Positions 47,456-56,331 are shown, counted from the stretch's first letter. The stretch: 64,000 bases of DNA from Candidatus Woesearchaeota archaeon (GCA_047602905.1 JBLKOP010000005.1:1241-65240); one strand, 5' to 3'. Numbers and translations: made by a program. Notes: generated from the letters alone by a model not told the origin.

Positions 47456-49559
47456 GAAATACCTTGAGATGGATCTTGATGAGATAAACCCTCTTCAGTG
47501 GTCTACTAGAAAAAGATATTTGAAGCCTTTAGCAGAGATTATTAAAGAAGTAAGCCAAGTTGCTAAAAACGTTTCTGAGCCGTTATCAAAAAAGTCTTTT
47601 CGTGCAGTAACGTACCGGCAGCTATGCATGTGGTCTTTTGTTATGTATGGAGAATCAAATCCTGCTTGGCTTGTTGAAGACATGGGTTTTGAGTATTTTT
47701 CAAAAAAAGTTCTTCCGTATAACAAAATGCAATCTTATATTAAGAAACGATTTACTCGAGAACAAGCAGAACAAGCATACACAGGTTCTTTAGTTGGAAA
47801 GATGACGCAAACAGTTTTTGACTTAAGCGATCATAAGTCTAAAAGAATTCATAAACGCGTTACACGAGAAGGAGGTGGTTATATGGCTGAATTCATTAAT
47901 TCGTTATACCCTGATCTTCAACAAAAACATGGTTTTTCTTTGTATGATGCGTTCATAAACGGGTATTCAGGAAACATGGAGGATATTGATGTGCTACTTA
48001 CTGAACGGCACTTCTCAGGAGCTTCTATGTTTGAGCGCTCGCTACGAAAAGATGGGTTGTCATACGTAGTATCTGCTCTTATGAAAACTTCTGATAACGA
48101 ATTATTTCCTAAAACCTTCTCTCAAGCACTCTTTGAGCGATTAGGTTATGACGTTTCTGCTGATAGGTTTCATCAAAACTCACAGGACGCTCAGAACGGG
48201 TTATCAGAGAAACTTGGTATTTCTTCAACAAGAAACATTGTTTCTTTAGCTGGTGAGCGCTACGCCACGCTGCTTTTTTCTCTTCTGCAAAGAAATCCTT
48301 TCGCATCTGCTAGTATCCCTGAAGCGCTGCGCTCAGGGTTTTCTTTAGTTGCTTCTGAGCGCGATAAACAATTGCTTGTTCAAGTAAACGAGTTATTTTC
48401 TGAGGATAAACAGTTAGTAGCTGATAATAGGGTGGTCACAAGTAATGGTTCTTCTGTGCTTGTAGAGACAAAGACGCTCTCAAACGGATATTATAATGTA
48501 GGCACAAAAATTATTGATAAGTACGCTTCGAGTACTCACTGGGCTGATGGGACTCCTATTGACCAAAAACTTGCAGTTTTTCATGCTAACGGGTTTGCTT
48601 CTGAAGCAGAAGAAGAATTAAAAAAAAATGGTTGGCAAGTGTTTTCTGGCAACCAATTTCATGACGTTCTTGGAGAATTAATTCATAAAGAAGAAGGTTT
48701 TCTTGATAGACTATCTGTTCCTTTAACTTCTCTTGATGATTTATTGCTTGGACACGAAATAGTTAATAAACGCTCTCACCTCTTATACCGACGCCCTCAT
48801 AAGCTATTGCGCGAATGGATGGTGGATATGCTTGAGAAGAATATTTCTTCTCTTGGTGCTTCCGAAAAAACGTATTTTTCTCGAAACATTCCTTTTGAAA
48901 CAGTTACTTCTGTTCGCGAGTTTGAAGGAGTGTATGACTTATCTTCTTTTATTAAGCCTAATCAACCAACTGTCTATTTTGATTTAGAAACGCCTGGTTT
49001 TCTCTCAGAAGGAGTTCCTATTGGTATTGCTGGTGTTGCGTACTGGCAGGGTGATGAGCTTGTTGCTAAGCAGTTTCTTGCACGAACTCCTCTGGAGGAG
49101 ACTCGTTTGCTTAATGAGTTAGAAAAAATTTTTTCTCAGGCCAAACGAGTAGTGACGTTTAATGGGGAGCGCTTTGATAATCCTTTCTATAACTCTCGTG
49201 CGTGGCATAATCTTGTTCGTTCAAAAATCGTTTCTTCTCAATCAGTTGATCGTATGCAAATTTTTAAGCATGAGCGAGGAATTTTTTATGATCAAGGATA
49301 CCGTTTACAGGATTATGAGCGAGAACACATCGGTCTTGTTCGTTCAGAAGTATTTAAGGAGCAGGATATTCGTTCAAGTGACATCCCTCCTGTGTTTAAG
49401 AACTATTGGTATGGTGGTCCAGAAAGCGGGGTTCTTCGTGTGCTGCTTCATAACCAGCTAGATGTGTTTTCTACTGCGATGATTGATTCAACGTATTTGT
49501 TAAGAAAACCTTCTTCTGTTATTCCTACTTTTCCTTTCGAAGAAAAAGCTCCTTTCTAG
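47445..49559 (+). CDS. large hypothetical protein (704 aa) with C-terminal RNase-H-fold (YprB-like) exonuclease domain
   Basis: C-terminal VYFDLETPGF, VVTFNGERFDNPF and LLHNQLDVFSTA (DEDD-like spacing). Possible PD-(D/E)XK signature D...VLVETK mid-protein. ATG 47445 overlaps the primase stop by 11 nt; the tracked 47271 extension reads as low-complexity junk. Confidence 0.6.
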   Translation: MSLEKYLEMDLDEINPLQWSTRKRYLKPLAEIIKEVSQVAKNVSEPLSKKSFRAVTYRQLCMWSFVMYGESNPAWLVEDMGFEYFSKKVLPYNKMQSYIKKRFTREQAEQAYTGSLVGKMTQTVFDLSDHKSKRIHKRVTREGGGYMAEFINSLYPDLQQKHGFSLYDAFINGYSGNMEDIDVLLTERHFSGASMFERSLRKDGLSYVVSALMKTSDNELFPKTFSQALFERLGYDVSADRFHQNSQDAQNGLSEKLGISSTRNIVSLAGERYATLLFSLLQRNPFASASIPEALRSGFSLVASERDKQLLVQVNELFSEDKQLVADNRVVTSNGSSVLVETKTLSNGYYNVGTKIIDKYASSTHWADGTPIDQKLAVFHANGFASEAEEELKKNGWQVFSGNQFHDVLGELIHKEEGFLDRLSVPLTSLDDLLLGHEIVNKRSHLLYRRPHKLLREWMVDMLEKNISSLGASEKTYFSRNIPFETVTSVREFEGVYDLSSFIKPNQPTVYFDLETPGFLSEGVPIGIAGVAYWQGDELVAKQFLARTPLEETRLLNELEKIFSQAKRVVTFNGERFDNPFYNSRAWHNLVRSKIVSSQSVDRMQIFKHERGIFYDQGYRLQDYEREHIGLVRSEVFKEQDIRSSDIPPVFKNYWYGGPESGVLRVLLHNQLDVFSTAMIDSTYLLRKPSSVIPTFPFEEKAPF

Positions 49560-49571
49560 AACTAGTTGAAA

Positions 49572-49592
49572 TGGGCTCAGAGGGATTTGAAC
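49572..49592. repeat. 21-nt direct repeat of the tRNA-Lys 3' end (att-like)
   Basis: TGGGCTCAGAGGGATTTGAAC is identical to 50307-50327. Identity stops exactly at both edges, and the flanking sequence cannot form a T-stem. Confidence 0.9.
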
Positions 49593-49622
49593 TGCAAGTT
49601 ATTTGTACAGAGTAATTGCTTC

Positions 49623-49632
49623 CACTGGACAT
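49623..49632 (+). promoter_or_regulatory. CACTGGACAT box (mini-ORB-like), copy 3, upstream of the LAGLIDADG gene
   Basis: Exact 10-mer. The reverse complement reads TGTCCAGTGGAAGC. The A/T box AAAAGTATTT (49642-49651) ends 25 nt before ATG 49677. Confidence 0.55.
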
Positions 49633-49676
49633 TTACGACCGAAAAGTATTTGTTGCATTCTTACTGTTTTTTTTAT

Positions 49677-50345
49677 ATGAAACCAACTGTTGAGTTTTGC
49701 GAGTTATACGGTGCTATGCTGGGTGATGGTTGTGTTGGTGTATATCAGTACGGAACCAAGAAACCTGTTTTTGTTGTGATGTTAACTGGTTCGATGTATG
49801 ACCGTGATTATTATGTGTTCAAAATTATTCCGATACTTAATAAGTTGTTTGGAGACTGTTTTCAATTGCGAAAGAAATCAAATGCACATGCGTTGTTGCT
49901 TCGTTCATATCAAAAAAAACCGTATATGTGTTTACGTAAGTTTGGGTTTCCTAGTGGCAAGAAATACAATCTCATAATTCCTCCTTGTTTCTATAAGGAC
50001 AAAAAATGGGTTATTGCATGTATTCGAGGAATATTTGATACTGATGGTTCAGTATATTTGCGATACTCGAAGAAATATAAGAACCATGCTAAGCATTACT
50101 TGTACATGAACGTCCAGTTTAAGATGACATCGCCGTTCTTATTGCGTCAAATCAAGGTATTTCTTACAGGAATAGGTATTTGCTGTAATAACAGATATAC
50201 TGAGGGTACTTCAACAGTACTTAGAATTACTAATCAGAAGTCAGTTCATCGTTTCTTTGAGATAATAAAACCAAGTAATTTTCATCATCAGAGAAGATAT
50301 TGGTACTGGGCTCAGAGGGATTTGAACCCCCGACCTACCGGTTAA
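49677..50345 (+). CDS. LAGLIDADG homing endonuclease (double-motif)
   Basis: LYGAMLGDGCVG and IRGIFDTDGSVY motifs ~100 aa apart. The 3' end runs 39 nt antisense into the tRNA-Lys gene. The tracked start at 49566 lies inside the upstream repeat. Confidence 0.85.
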   Translation: MKPTVEFCELYGAMLGDGCVGVYQYGTKKPVFVVMLTGSMYDRDYYVFKIIPILNKLFGDCFQLRKKSNAHALLLRSYQKKPYMCLRKFGFPSGKKYNLIIPPCFYKDKKWVIACIRGIFDTDGSVYLRYSKKYKNHAKHYLYMNVQFKMTSPFLLRQIKVFLTGIGICCNNRYTEGTSTVLRITNQKSVHRFFEIIKPSNFHHQRRYWYWAQRDLNPRPTG

Positions 50346-50381
50346 GAGCCGGCCGCTCTTGCCAGACTGAGCTATGAGCCC
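50307..50381 (-). tRNA. tRNA-Lys (anticodon CUU), intron-less, no encoded CCA
   Basis: The reverse complement GGGCTCATAGCTCAGTCTGGCAAGAGCGGCCGGCTCTTAACCGGTAGGTCGGGGGTTCAAATCCCTCTGAGCCCA folds as a cloverleaf: 7-bp acceptor, GCTC/GAGC D-stem, 5-bp anticodon stem, loop CTCTTAA, T-arm GGGGG-TTCAAAT-CCCTC. Confidence 0.9.
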
Positions 50382-50416
50382 GTAAGTACTTAATGATTTA
50401 TGAATTCTTTAAAAGA

Positions 50417-51178
50417 CTATGCTGCTTTGTGTAATTTTTTGTTTTCGTATTCACAAAGTTTCTCTACTGTTTTTCTTGATCGTAAACTCCCTTTTTTCTT
50501 TAGTGATTCAAATCCTTGCAAAAGTGCAAATCTATCTAAACTGTTTATGAGTGGGCTGCTTGCTTTGACATATGCAGGGACTCCTAAATACTCATATCTT
50601 CCTGGTTCTGCTTGGTATTTTATTATTTCTCCTTCACTTATTTTAAATGGTAAATAAATTCCTTTTTGTCGTGCGTAATTCGCAAATAAGCAGTTAAATA
50701 CGTTCATTGCTCTGTTTACTGCGTCTTCTTCGTGTTTTGCTCTTGTGCTTCTTATTAGTTCTTCAGAAAACCATCGAGGAGTTGTTGTTGGAGTCACTGC
50801 TGTGCTATTAATGAATCCGTGGCTAACGCTTGGTTGTTCTATGTTGTATCCATCAGTAAAGTATTGTATAAGAAAAACCTCTTTTCTCTCTCCGTTTAAG
50901 CTGTATTGTTTTTTTGTTCCTGAAAAAGAGTTTTTGTGAGTGTAAGGGAGTTTTTTTGTTATGAATTCTGTGTGATTACTGATGCCGCTTATAGCTATTG
51001 AGAGCTTATACCAGTCTGCGTTAAGTCTTTGAATTCCTAATGCGTCATCGTGATTGTATGTTTTGTTGTTATCAATTGCAAAAAACGGTATTTGGGGCTG
51101 TTGAATATTGACTGTTGTCTCAATATTTAGTAAAGAGAGTCTCTCGTATGAAAAGTTGCTTCTCTCCCGTTGCTGCAT
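50417..51178 (-). CDS. short, degenerate RNase II/R (RNB)-like protein
   Basis: FAIDNNKTYNHDDALGIQ (RNB motif I, (I)D-x6-D-x-DDA, with one Asp replaced by Asn), KLSIAISGISNH (motif II) and YLGVPAYVKASSPLINSLDRFALLQ (motif IV TSPIRRY.DL, both Arg lost). Only 253 aa. Confidence 0.5.
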   Translation of the reverse strand: MQQRERSNFSYERLSLLNIETTVNIQQPQIPFFAIDNNKTYNHDDALGIQRLNADWYKLSIAISGISNHTEFITKKLPYTHKNSFSGTKKQYSLNGERKEVFLIQYFTDGYNIEQPSVSHGFINSTAVTPTTTPRWFSEELIRSTRAKHEEDAVNRAMNVFNCLFANYARQKGIYLPFKISEGEIIKYQAEPGRYEYLGVPAYVKASSPLINSLDRFALLQGFESLKKKGSLRSRKTVEKLCEYENKKLHKAA

Positions 51179-51268
51179 AATTATATCGCCAATAAGGAGT
51201 ATTTAAGCTTTTCTTCACTGCAGAATACTCATATATTCTTTTAAGGTGTTGTTTGTGTTCTTTATTCT

Positions 51269-52255
51269 ATGATTATTACGTTGCTTGAGTGCGAGGATTG
51301 GGAGAAGGAGTTTTTTAAGCAGCGTTTGCATCAGCACGAGTTGCATTTTGTTGATGAGCCTATTGAGTCTGGCGTTCCTGAAAACACTGAGGTTCTTGTT
51401 GTGTTTATTTATTCTCCTGTTACTCAGAAGCTGCTTAGTTCTCTTCCTAACGTAAAGCTTGTGTGTACTCGTAGTACGGGTTTTGATCATATCGACTTAG
51501 TTGCTTGTGCGAGTAAGGGTGTTGTTGTTAAGAACGTTCCTTTCTATGGTGAGAACACGGTTGCTGAGCACACCTTTGCGCTTTTATTGGCTATTTCTCG
51601 TCGCTTAGTTGAGGGTGTTTTGCGTGTTCGTAGCGGGGTTTTTGATCCTCATGGTCTTGAGGGTTTTGATTTGAAGTCTAAGACTCTTGGGGTTGTTGGT
51701 ACGGGTCATATTGGTCAGCACGTTATTCGTATGGCTAATGGTTTTGAGATGGACGTGGTTGCTTTTGATCCGTTTCCTAACAAGGCTGTTCAACGTAAGC
51801 TTGGTTTTCGTTACGCAGACCTTAATGAGTTACTAGCTACTTCTGATATCGTTACCCTTCATTGTCCGTATAACGAGCACACGCATCACTTACTTAATCA
51901 GGACAACTTATCTAAGATTAAGAAGGGCGCTGTTATTATTAACACTGCTCGAGGAGGCCTTATTCATAACGAGGCTCTTCTCTCTGCTCTTAGTGATGGG
52001 CGAGTTGGTTTTGCTGGTCTTGATGTTCTTGAGGAAGAAGTGAGTATTCGTGAGGAAGTAGAGGTTCTTAGTAAGCGAAGAAAAGGCGTTGACGTTCATT
52101 CTATGCTTATTGATCACGTTCTTATCAATCACCCACGGGTTGTAGTTACGCCTCATAACGCGTTTAATAGTAAAGAGGCTTTGCAGAGAATTCTTAATAC
52201 TACTGCTGATAATATCCTTGTTAGTTCTGATGCTAACGTAGTAAAGGTTAAATAA
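51269..52255 (+). CDS. D-isomer-specific 2-hydroxyacid dehydrogenase (D-lactate/phosphoglycerate dehydrogenase family)
   Basis: NAD motif LGVVGTGHIGQHV, catalytic-region INTARGGLI and VVTPHNAFNSKEA. Confidence 0.85.
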   Translation: MIITLLECEDWEKEFFKQRLHQHELHFVDEPIESGVPENTEVLVVFIYSPVTQKLLSSLPNVKLVCTRSTGFDHIDLVACASKGVVVKNVPFYGENTVAEHTFALLLAISRRLVEGVLRVRSGVFDPHGLEGFDLKSKTLGVVGTGHIGQHVIRMANGFEMDVVAFDPFPNKAVQRKLGFRYADLNELLATSDIVTLHCPYNEHTHHLLNQDNLSKIKKGAVIINTARGGLIHNEALLSALSDGRVGFAGLDVLEEEVSIREEVEVLSKRRKGVDVHSMLIDHVLINHPRVVVTPHNAFNSKEALQRILNTTADNILVSSDANVVKVK

Positions 52256-52277
52256 GCCAGTAGTTTTTTGTTGTTGT

Positions 52278-54455
52278 ATGAAGAAGTTGCTTTACGTTTC
52301 TGGTATGCATTGCGCTAGTTGCGCGAATACTATTGAGGAGCGTTTGTTATCTGTAAAGAAGGTTTCTTCTGCTAGTGTTAATTCTGCTAACAACACTGTT
52401 TTGGTTGTTCATGAGGGTGTTCCTGTTCAGACTCTTATTAATCAAATAAAACTTGCTGGTTATAGTGCTTCTGAGCACCCTCCTCTTGCTGATGAACATC
52501 ATAAGGTGGAGTCGTTTCCGCTTATTGCTTGTTTTGCTGGTTTTTTCTTGCTTGTCTTATCCATGGGTCACATGCTTGGCTTGCCTATTCATGAAACGGT
52601 ACTGAACGCTTTCTTGCAGTTTCTTCTTGCTTCGTACTTGTTATTTGTTAACAAAGAGGTCTTTAGGCAGGGTTTGCTTGTTGTTTGGAGAACAAAAACT
52701 TCTACTATGGACACATTAGTTGCTCTTGGTGTTGGTTCTGCGTATCTGTACTCATCAGTTGTTTTCTTGTACGGAGTGTTTTCTCCTCCTATTGAGTTTT
52801 CTCAATTATTTTTTGAGAGCGCAGGAATTATCTTGTTGTTCGTGCAGATTGGCAGATATTTTGAGTTCAAAGCTACTCGTAGAGCTGCTTCTCGTATGAA
52901 GGGCTTGCTTTCTCTTGCTTCTCCAAGCGCTCTTGTTGTTGATGGCTCCTCTGAGCAAGAAGTACTTCTTGATGAGGTGGTTGTTGGTTCTATTGTTAAA
53001 GTAAAGCCTGGTATGCGCATTCCTCTTGATGGTGTTATTCATGTAGGAGCTACTCGTATTGATGAGAGCTTAGTTACTGGTGAGAGTGTTCCTGTTAAGA
53101 AAACGAAGGGAGACGTTGTTTTTGGTGGTTCTATTAATAAGACGGGTATGGTTCTTGTTCGTGTTACTGCTTCTTCTCAGAAAAGTACTGTTCAGCGCAT
53201 TGCTGATCTTGTTGAGGAGGCTCAGAGTAGTAAAGCTCCTATTCAGCGCGTTGTTGATAAGGTCGCTTCTCGTTTTGTTCCTTTCGTTCTTCTTCTTGCT
53301 GTATTGACTTTTGTTGGTTGGTTACTGTTTCCTCCTCTTGAGGCTGTTGTTCCGTTATTGTTTGCTTTGCAAGCAAGCATTGCTGTTTTGGTAATTGCTT
53401 GTCCTTGCGCTCTTGGTCTTGCTACTCCTACTGCTGTCATGGTTTCTATGGGTGAGGCTGGTAAGCAGGGTGTTGTTTTCTCTGATGCCGCTACTCTTCA
53501 GGCTGCTTCTTCTGCTCGAACTGTTGTTTTTGATAAGACTGGAACGCTTACTGTTGGTAAGCCTGTTGTTTCTGCTATTAAGACGTATAATGATTTATCT
53601 TCTCAGGTTGTGTTTCGTTACGCTGCTAGTCTTGCTAGTACTTCTACTCATCCTCTTAGCGAGGCTATTGTTTCTTATGCTAAGAAGCAAAGTATTGGTT
53701 TTGGCAGTCCTCGTCAGTGCGAGGAGGTTGAGGGTAAGGGTCTTGTTGGTAAGGTTGAGGGTCGAAAGATTGTTGTTGGTAGCGTGGATTTCTTTGTTGA
53801 GTCGGGTATTGGTTTGTATGACGTTCGTGAAAAACTTCCTTCTTTTGCTAGTAAGCAGTACACTCCTGTTTTAGTTGCTGTTGAGGGTAGAATTGCTGCT
53901 CTTATCGGTATTTCTGATGCTCTTAAGGATTCTGCTAAGGCGGGTGTTGAGGCTGTTCATGCTCTTGGTTTACAGACTGTTATGCTTACTGGGGACCGTC
54001 AAGAAATTGCTGAGAGCGTTGCTTCTTCTCTTGGTGTTGGTGTTGTTCGTGCTCAGCTTTCTCCTCAGCAAAAACTTGAGGAGATTACTCGTATGCGTAA
54101 GAAGCGAGGTGTTGTTATGGTTGGGGACGGTATTAATGACGCTCCTGCTCTTGCTGCTGCTGATGTAGGTGTTGTTCTCTCTAATAGTACTGAGGTTGCT
54201 TCTGAAGCCAGTAGTGTTCGTGTTATGAGTGATGACGTTACTAAGGTTGCTTTTGCTCTTGGTCTTTCTCGTCGTACGATGAGGGTTGTTAAGCAAAACC
54301 TTGCTTGGGCTTTTTCTTATAACGTACTTGCTATTCCTATTGCTATGGGTGTTTTGTATCCGTTTACTGGTTGGTTGCTCTCGCCTATGATTGCTGGTGC
54401 TGCTATGGCAGCAAGTAGTTTGTCTGTCGTTCTGAATAGTCTGCGTCTAAAATGA
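52278..54455 (+). CDS. copA: copper-translocating P1B-type ATPase
   Basis: HMA domain GMHCASCANTIE, TM6 CPCALGLATP, phosphorylation site DKTGTLT, hinge GDGINDAPAL. Confidence 0.92.
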   Translation: MKKLLYVSGMHCASCANTIEERLLSVKKVSSASVNSANNTVLVVHEGVPVQTLINQIKLAGYSASEHPPLADEHHKVESFPLIACFAGFFLLVLSMGHMLGLPIHETVLNAFLQFLLASYLLFVNKEVFRQGLLVVWRTKTSTMDTLVALGVGSAYLYSSVVFLYGVFSPPIEFSQLFFESAGIILLFVQIGRYFEFKATRRAASRMKGLLSLASPSALVVDGSSEQEVLLDEVVVGSIVKVKPGMRIPLDGVIHVGATRIDESLVTGESVPVKKTKGDVVFGGSINKTGMVLVRVTASSQKSTVQRIADLVEEAQSSKAPIQRVVDKVASRFVPFVLLLAVLTFVGWLLFPPLEAVVPLLFALQASIAVLVIACPCALGLATPTAVMVSMGEAGKQGVVFSDAATLQAASSARTVVFDKTGTLTVGKPVVSAIKTYNDLSSQVVFRYAASLASTSTHPLSEAIVSYAKKQSIGFGSPRQCEEVEGKGLVGKVEGRKIVVGSVDFFVESGIGLYDVREKLPSFASKQYTPVLVAVEGRIAALIGISDALKDSAKAGVEAVHALGLQTVMLTGDRQEIAESVASSLGVGVVRAQLSPQQKLEEITRMRKKRGVVMVGDGINDAPALAAADVGVVLSNSTEVASEASSVRVMSDDVTKVAFALGLSRRTMRVVKQNLAWAFSYNVLAIPIAMGVLYPFTGWLLSPMIAGAAMAASSLSVVLNSLRLK

Positions 54456-54524
54456 GGTTTTTGGTCTTTTTTTTGATTACTTGTTAATGGGAACATTTTT
54501 ATATCTTCTTACTTTATTTCTTGT

Positions 54525-54842
54525 ATGGATGTAACTGCTTCTAATGGTTTATACGCACATAAACATAATTTAGAAACACATGTATCTATTCTTAATAGGA
54601 AATCTGCTGATTCTCAAGTTAATATTCCTGCGTTTTCTTTAGGAATTCCTTTTTATGAGTTCGCAATTGATGCGTTAACTAGTGCATTGGTACATACGTC
54701 TTCTGAAGAAGTAATTGCTGAGTACATTAGTCAATTAAACGATTGTGTTGCTGCTCAAAAAGGTCTTTCTGAACTTGATGAAAGGTATTTATTATCTTGT
54801 CGAGAAACGATTATTTCTGATCTTCACAAAAAAATTAATTAG
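54525..54842 (+). CDS. hypothetical protein (105 aa)
   Basis: ORF only. No motif recognised. Confidence 0.35.
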   Translation: MDVTASNGLYAHKHNLETHVSILNRKSADSQVNIPAFSLGIPFYEFAIDALTSALVHTSSEEVIAEYISQLNDCVAAQKGLSELDERYLLSCRETIISDLHKKIN

Positions 54843-54905
54843 TGCATATTCTTCTTCTTGAATAAGTAACTCTACGTATCTATCATGCTAATTTATCATG
54901 TATTT

Positions 54906-55391
54906 CTATCTAAGTATCTTTGCTACTGTTTCTGATAGTTGTATCTTGTTTGTTTTTCCGTGTTTGGTTATTGTTATTAGTTTTTGTTCTTTTAGTTTGT
55001 TTAGTGTTCGATGCACTTTTACTCTGCTCAGTCCTTCTATTCTTGATAGTTCTGCTTGGAGTGCTTTATTGTTGTTTTCTATGAGGTAGTTGATGATTGT
55101 TTGTTCTTCCTCGCTTAGGAATTGTTTGAGTAGTTCTATGACTTCTTGGGTTTTTGCTTGTGTGTCTGCTAGTTTTATGTTTGTGTATGTTGCTAGTGCG
55201 TATCCTGCTACTGCTGATAATATCATGGTTGCTATGGTGAAGGGAAGCCTGTTTTGTATGAGCCAGTAGTACACAGGATTTGCTGGTGTGTGTGCTTGGT
55301 GCAGATACACTAAAAACCATACGAGGCCAAGCAGTGTTATGGTTAGTGCTGCGAATCCTATGGTTATTGATGTGAAGGTTTTTTGTTTCAT
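54906..55391 (-). CDS. membrane-anchored winged-helix (MarR/ArsR-like) regulator
   Basis: Three N-terminal TM helices followed by SEEEQTIINYLIENNNKALQAELSRIEGLSRVKVHRTLNKLKEQKLITI, a wHTH pattern. Confidence 0.55.
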   Translation of the reverse strand: MKQKTFTSITIGFAALTITLLGLVWFLVYLHQAHTPANPVYYWLIQNRLPFTIATMILSAVAGYALATYTNIKLADTQAKTQEVIELLKQFLSEEEQTIINYLIENNNKALQAELSRIEGLSRVKVHRTLNKLKEQKLITITKHGKTNKIQLSETVAKILR

Positions 55392-55485
55392 TTCTTGTAC
55401 GGAACGTTTCCGTACCTTTTAAATATTGTTTCATCTTATGTAACAGTAGTTGTCGGGGTGAGAGTTCCTCGATATAGTATTAATT

Positions 55486-56232
55486 ATGGCAAAGAAAACA
55501 AAAACTACGTCTGTGCGCAAGAGCGCTTCGACGCAGAAAAAAGATGTTCCGGCGAAGAGCAACCCTTGGGTTGTTGCTGTTATCGTGCTTGGTGTCCTGC
55601 TGTTTATCAGTTTGGTTGCTAACGCGGTTCTTGCAACACTTCTTGTGGTTAGTGCTCCAACGACAGCAACTGCTCCTACGCAGGTTGCTCCTCAGCAACA
55701 ACAAGCTCCTTCTGGTGGCCCTGTTGAGGTTGATTTAGAGAGTGCTCACCTTCTAGGAGATCCTAGTGCTTCTGTGGTTATGGTTGAGTACAGTAGCTTT
55801 ACGTGTCCGTTCTGTGGTCGTTTCCACGCGGAGACGTTTGGGCAGATAAAGAGTAACTTCGTTGATACGGGTGATGTTTTGTATGCGTACAAGCACTTCA
55901 TCCGTAGCCCTGATGATGCTCGTATTGCTAATGTTGCTGAGTGCGCTGCTGAGCAAGGTGATTTCTTTGCGTTTATCGACCAGGTGTATAGCAACCAGCA
56001 TGACTTAAGTGATGCTGCTTTGCGTCGATACGCAGAAAATCTTGGTCTTGATGTCTCTGAGCTGGATAGTTGTGTATCTTCTGGTCGTAATCAGCAAGTT
56101 GCTAACGATCATGTTGCTGAGGCTCGAGCGAATGGTATTTCAGGTACTCCTAGCTTTCTTATTAATGGGGAGCGTTTAGTGGGTGCTCAGCCGTATCCTG
56201 TTTTTGAGCAGGCTCTTCGTTCAGCGCAATAA
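55486..56232 (+). CDS. membrane-anchored DsbA-family thiol:disulfide oxidoreductase
   Basis: N-terminal TM anchor, CxxC site FTCPFCGRFH and DsbA-type C-terminal GISGTPSFLINGERLVGAQPY. Confidence 0.8.
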   Translation: MAKKTKTTSVRKSASTQKKDVPAKSNPWVVAVIVLGVLLFISLVANAVLATLLVVSAPTTATAPTQVAPQQQQAPSGGPVEVDLESAHLLGDPSASVVMVEYSSFTCPFCGRFHAETFGQIKSNFVDTGDVLYAYKHFIRSPDDARIANVAECAAEQGDFFAFIDQVYSNQHDLSDAALRRYAENLGLDVSELDSCVSSGRNQQVANDHVAEARANGISGTPSFLINGERLVGAQPYPVFEQALRSAQ

Positions 56233-56270
56233 ATTTTTTTTCTAAATATTTTTTTTCTTTTTTTTTCCAC
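56233..56270 (+). terminator. oligo-T archaeal-type terminator after the dsbA-like gene
   Basis: Three T-runs of 8, 8 and 9 nt within 35 nt directly after the TAA. Confidence 0.45.
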
Positions 56271-56331
56271 ACTAGTTCTTGTTTTGCGTTTTTAAATGCG
56301 TCAATTTTTGTTTTTAAACAAACACAAAACA

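Noticed and set aside
49572-49592. Half of a split or permuted tRNA gene
   Set aside because: Only the 21 nt of the T-loop and 3' acceptor strand are present. The adjacent bases cannot pair to form a T-stem. No leader or complementary splint sequence is evident, and an intact tRNA-Lys exists 735 nt away.
49566-49676. N-terminal extension of the LAGLIDADG ORF (MKWAQRDLNCKLF...)
   Set aside because: The extension begins inside the tRNA-derived repeat and translates it by accident; the same WAQRDLN peptide reappears at the C-terminal read-through. It also contains the promoter-like box and A/T element. ATG 49677, directly before the first LAGLIDADG motif, is the sensible start.
53080-54168. Leu/Arg-rich ORFs inside copA (53080-53307, 53395-53874, 53875-54168), and similar Cys/Phe/Leu-rich ORFs inside atpI and atpE (34288-36677)
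   Set aside because: These are alternate-frame or antisense shadows of strongly T-skewed coding sequence. Their low-complexity composition is exactly what the skew produces, and the host genes are unambiguous.
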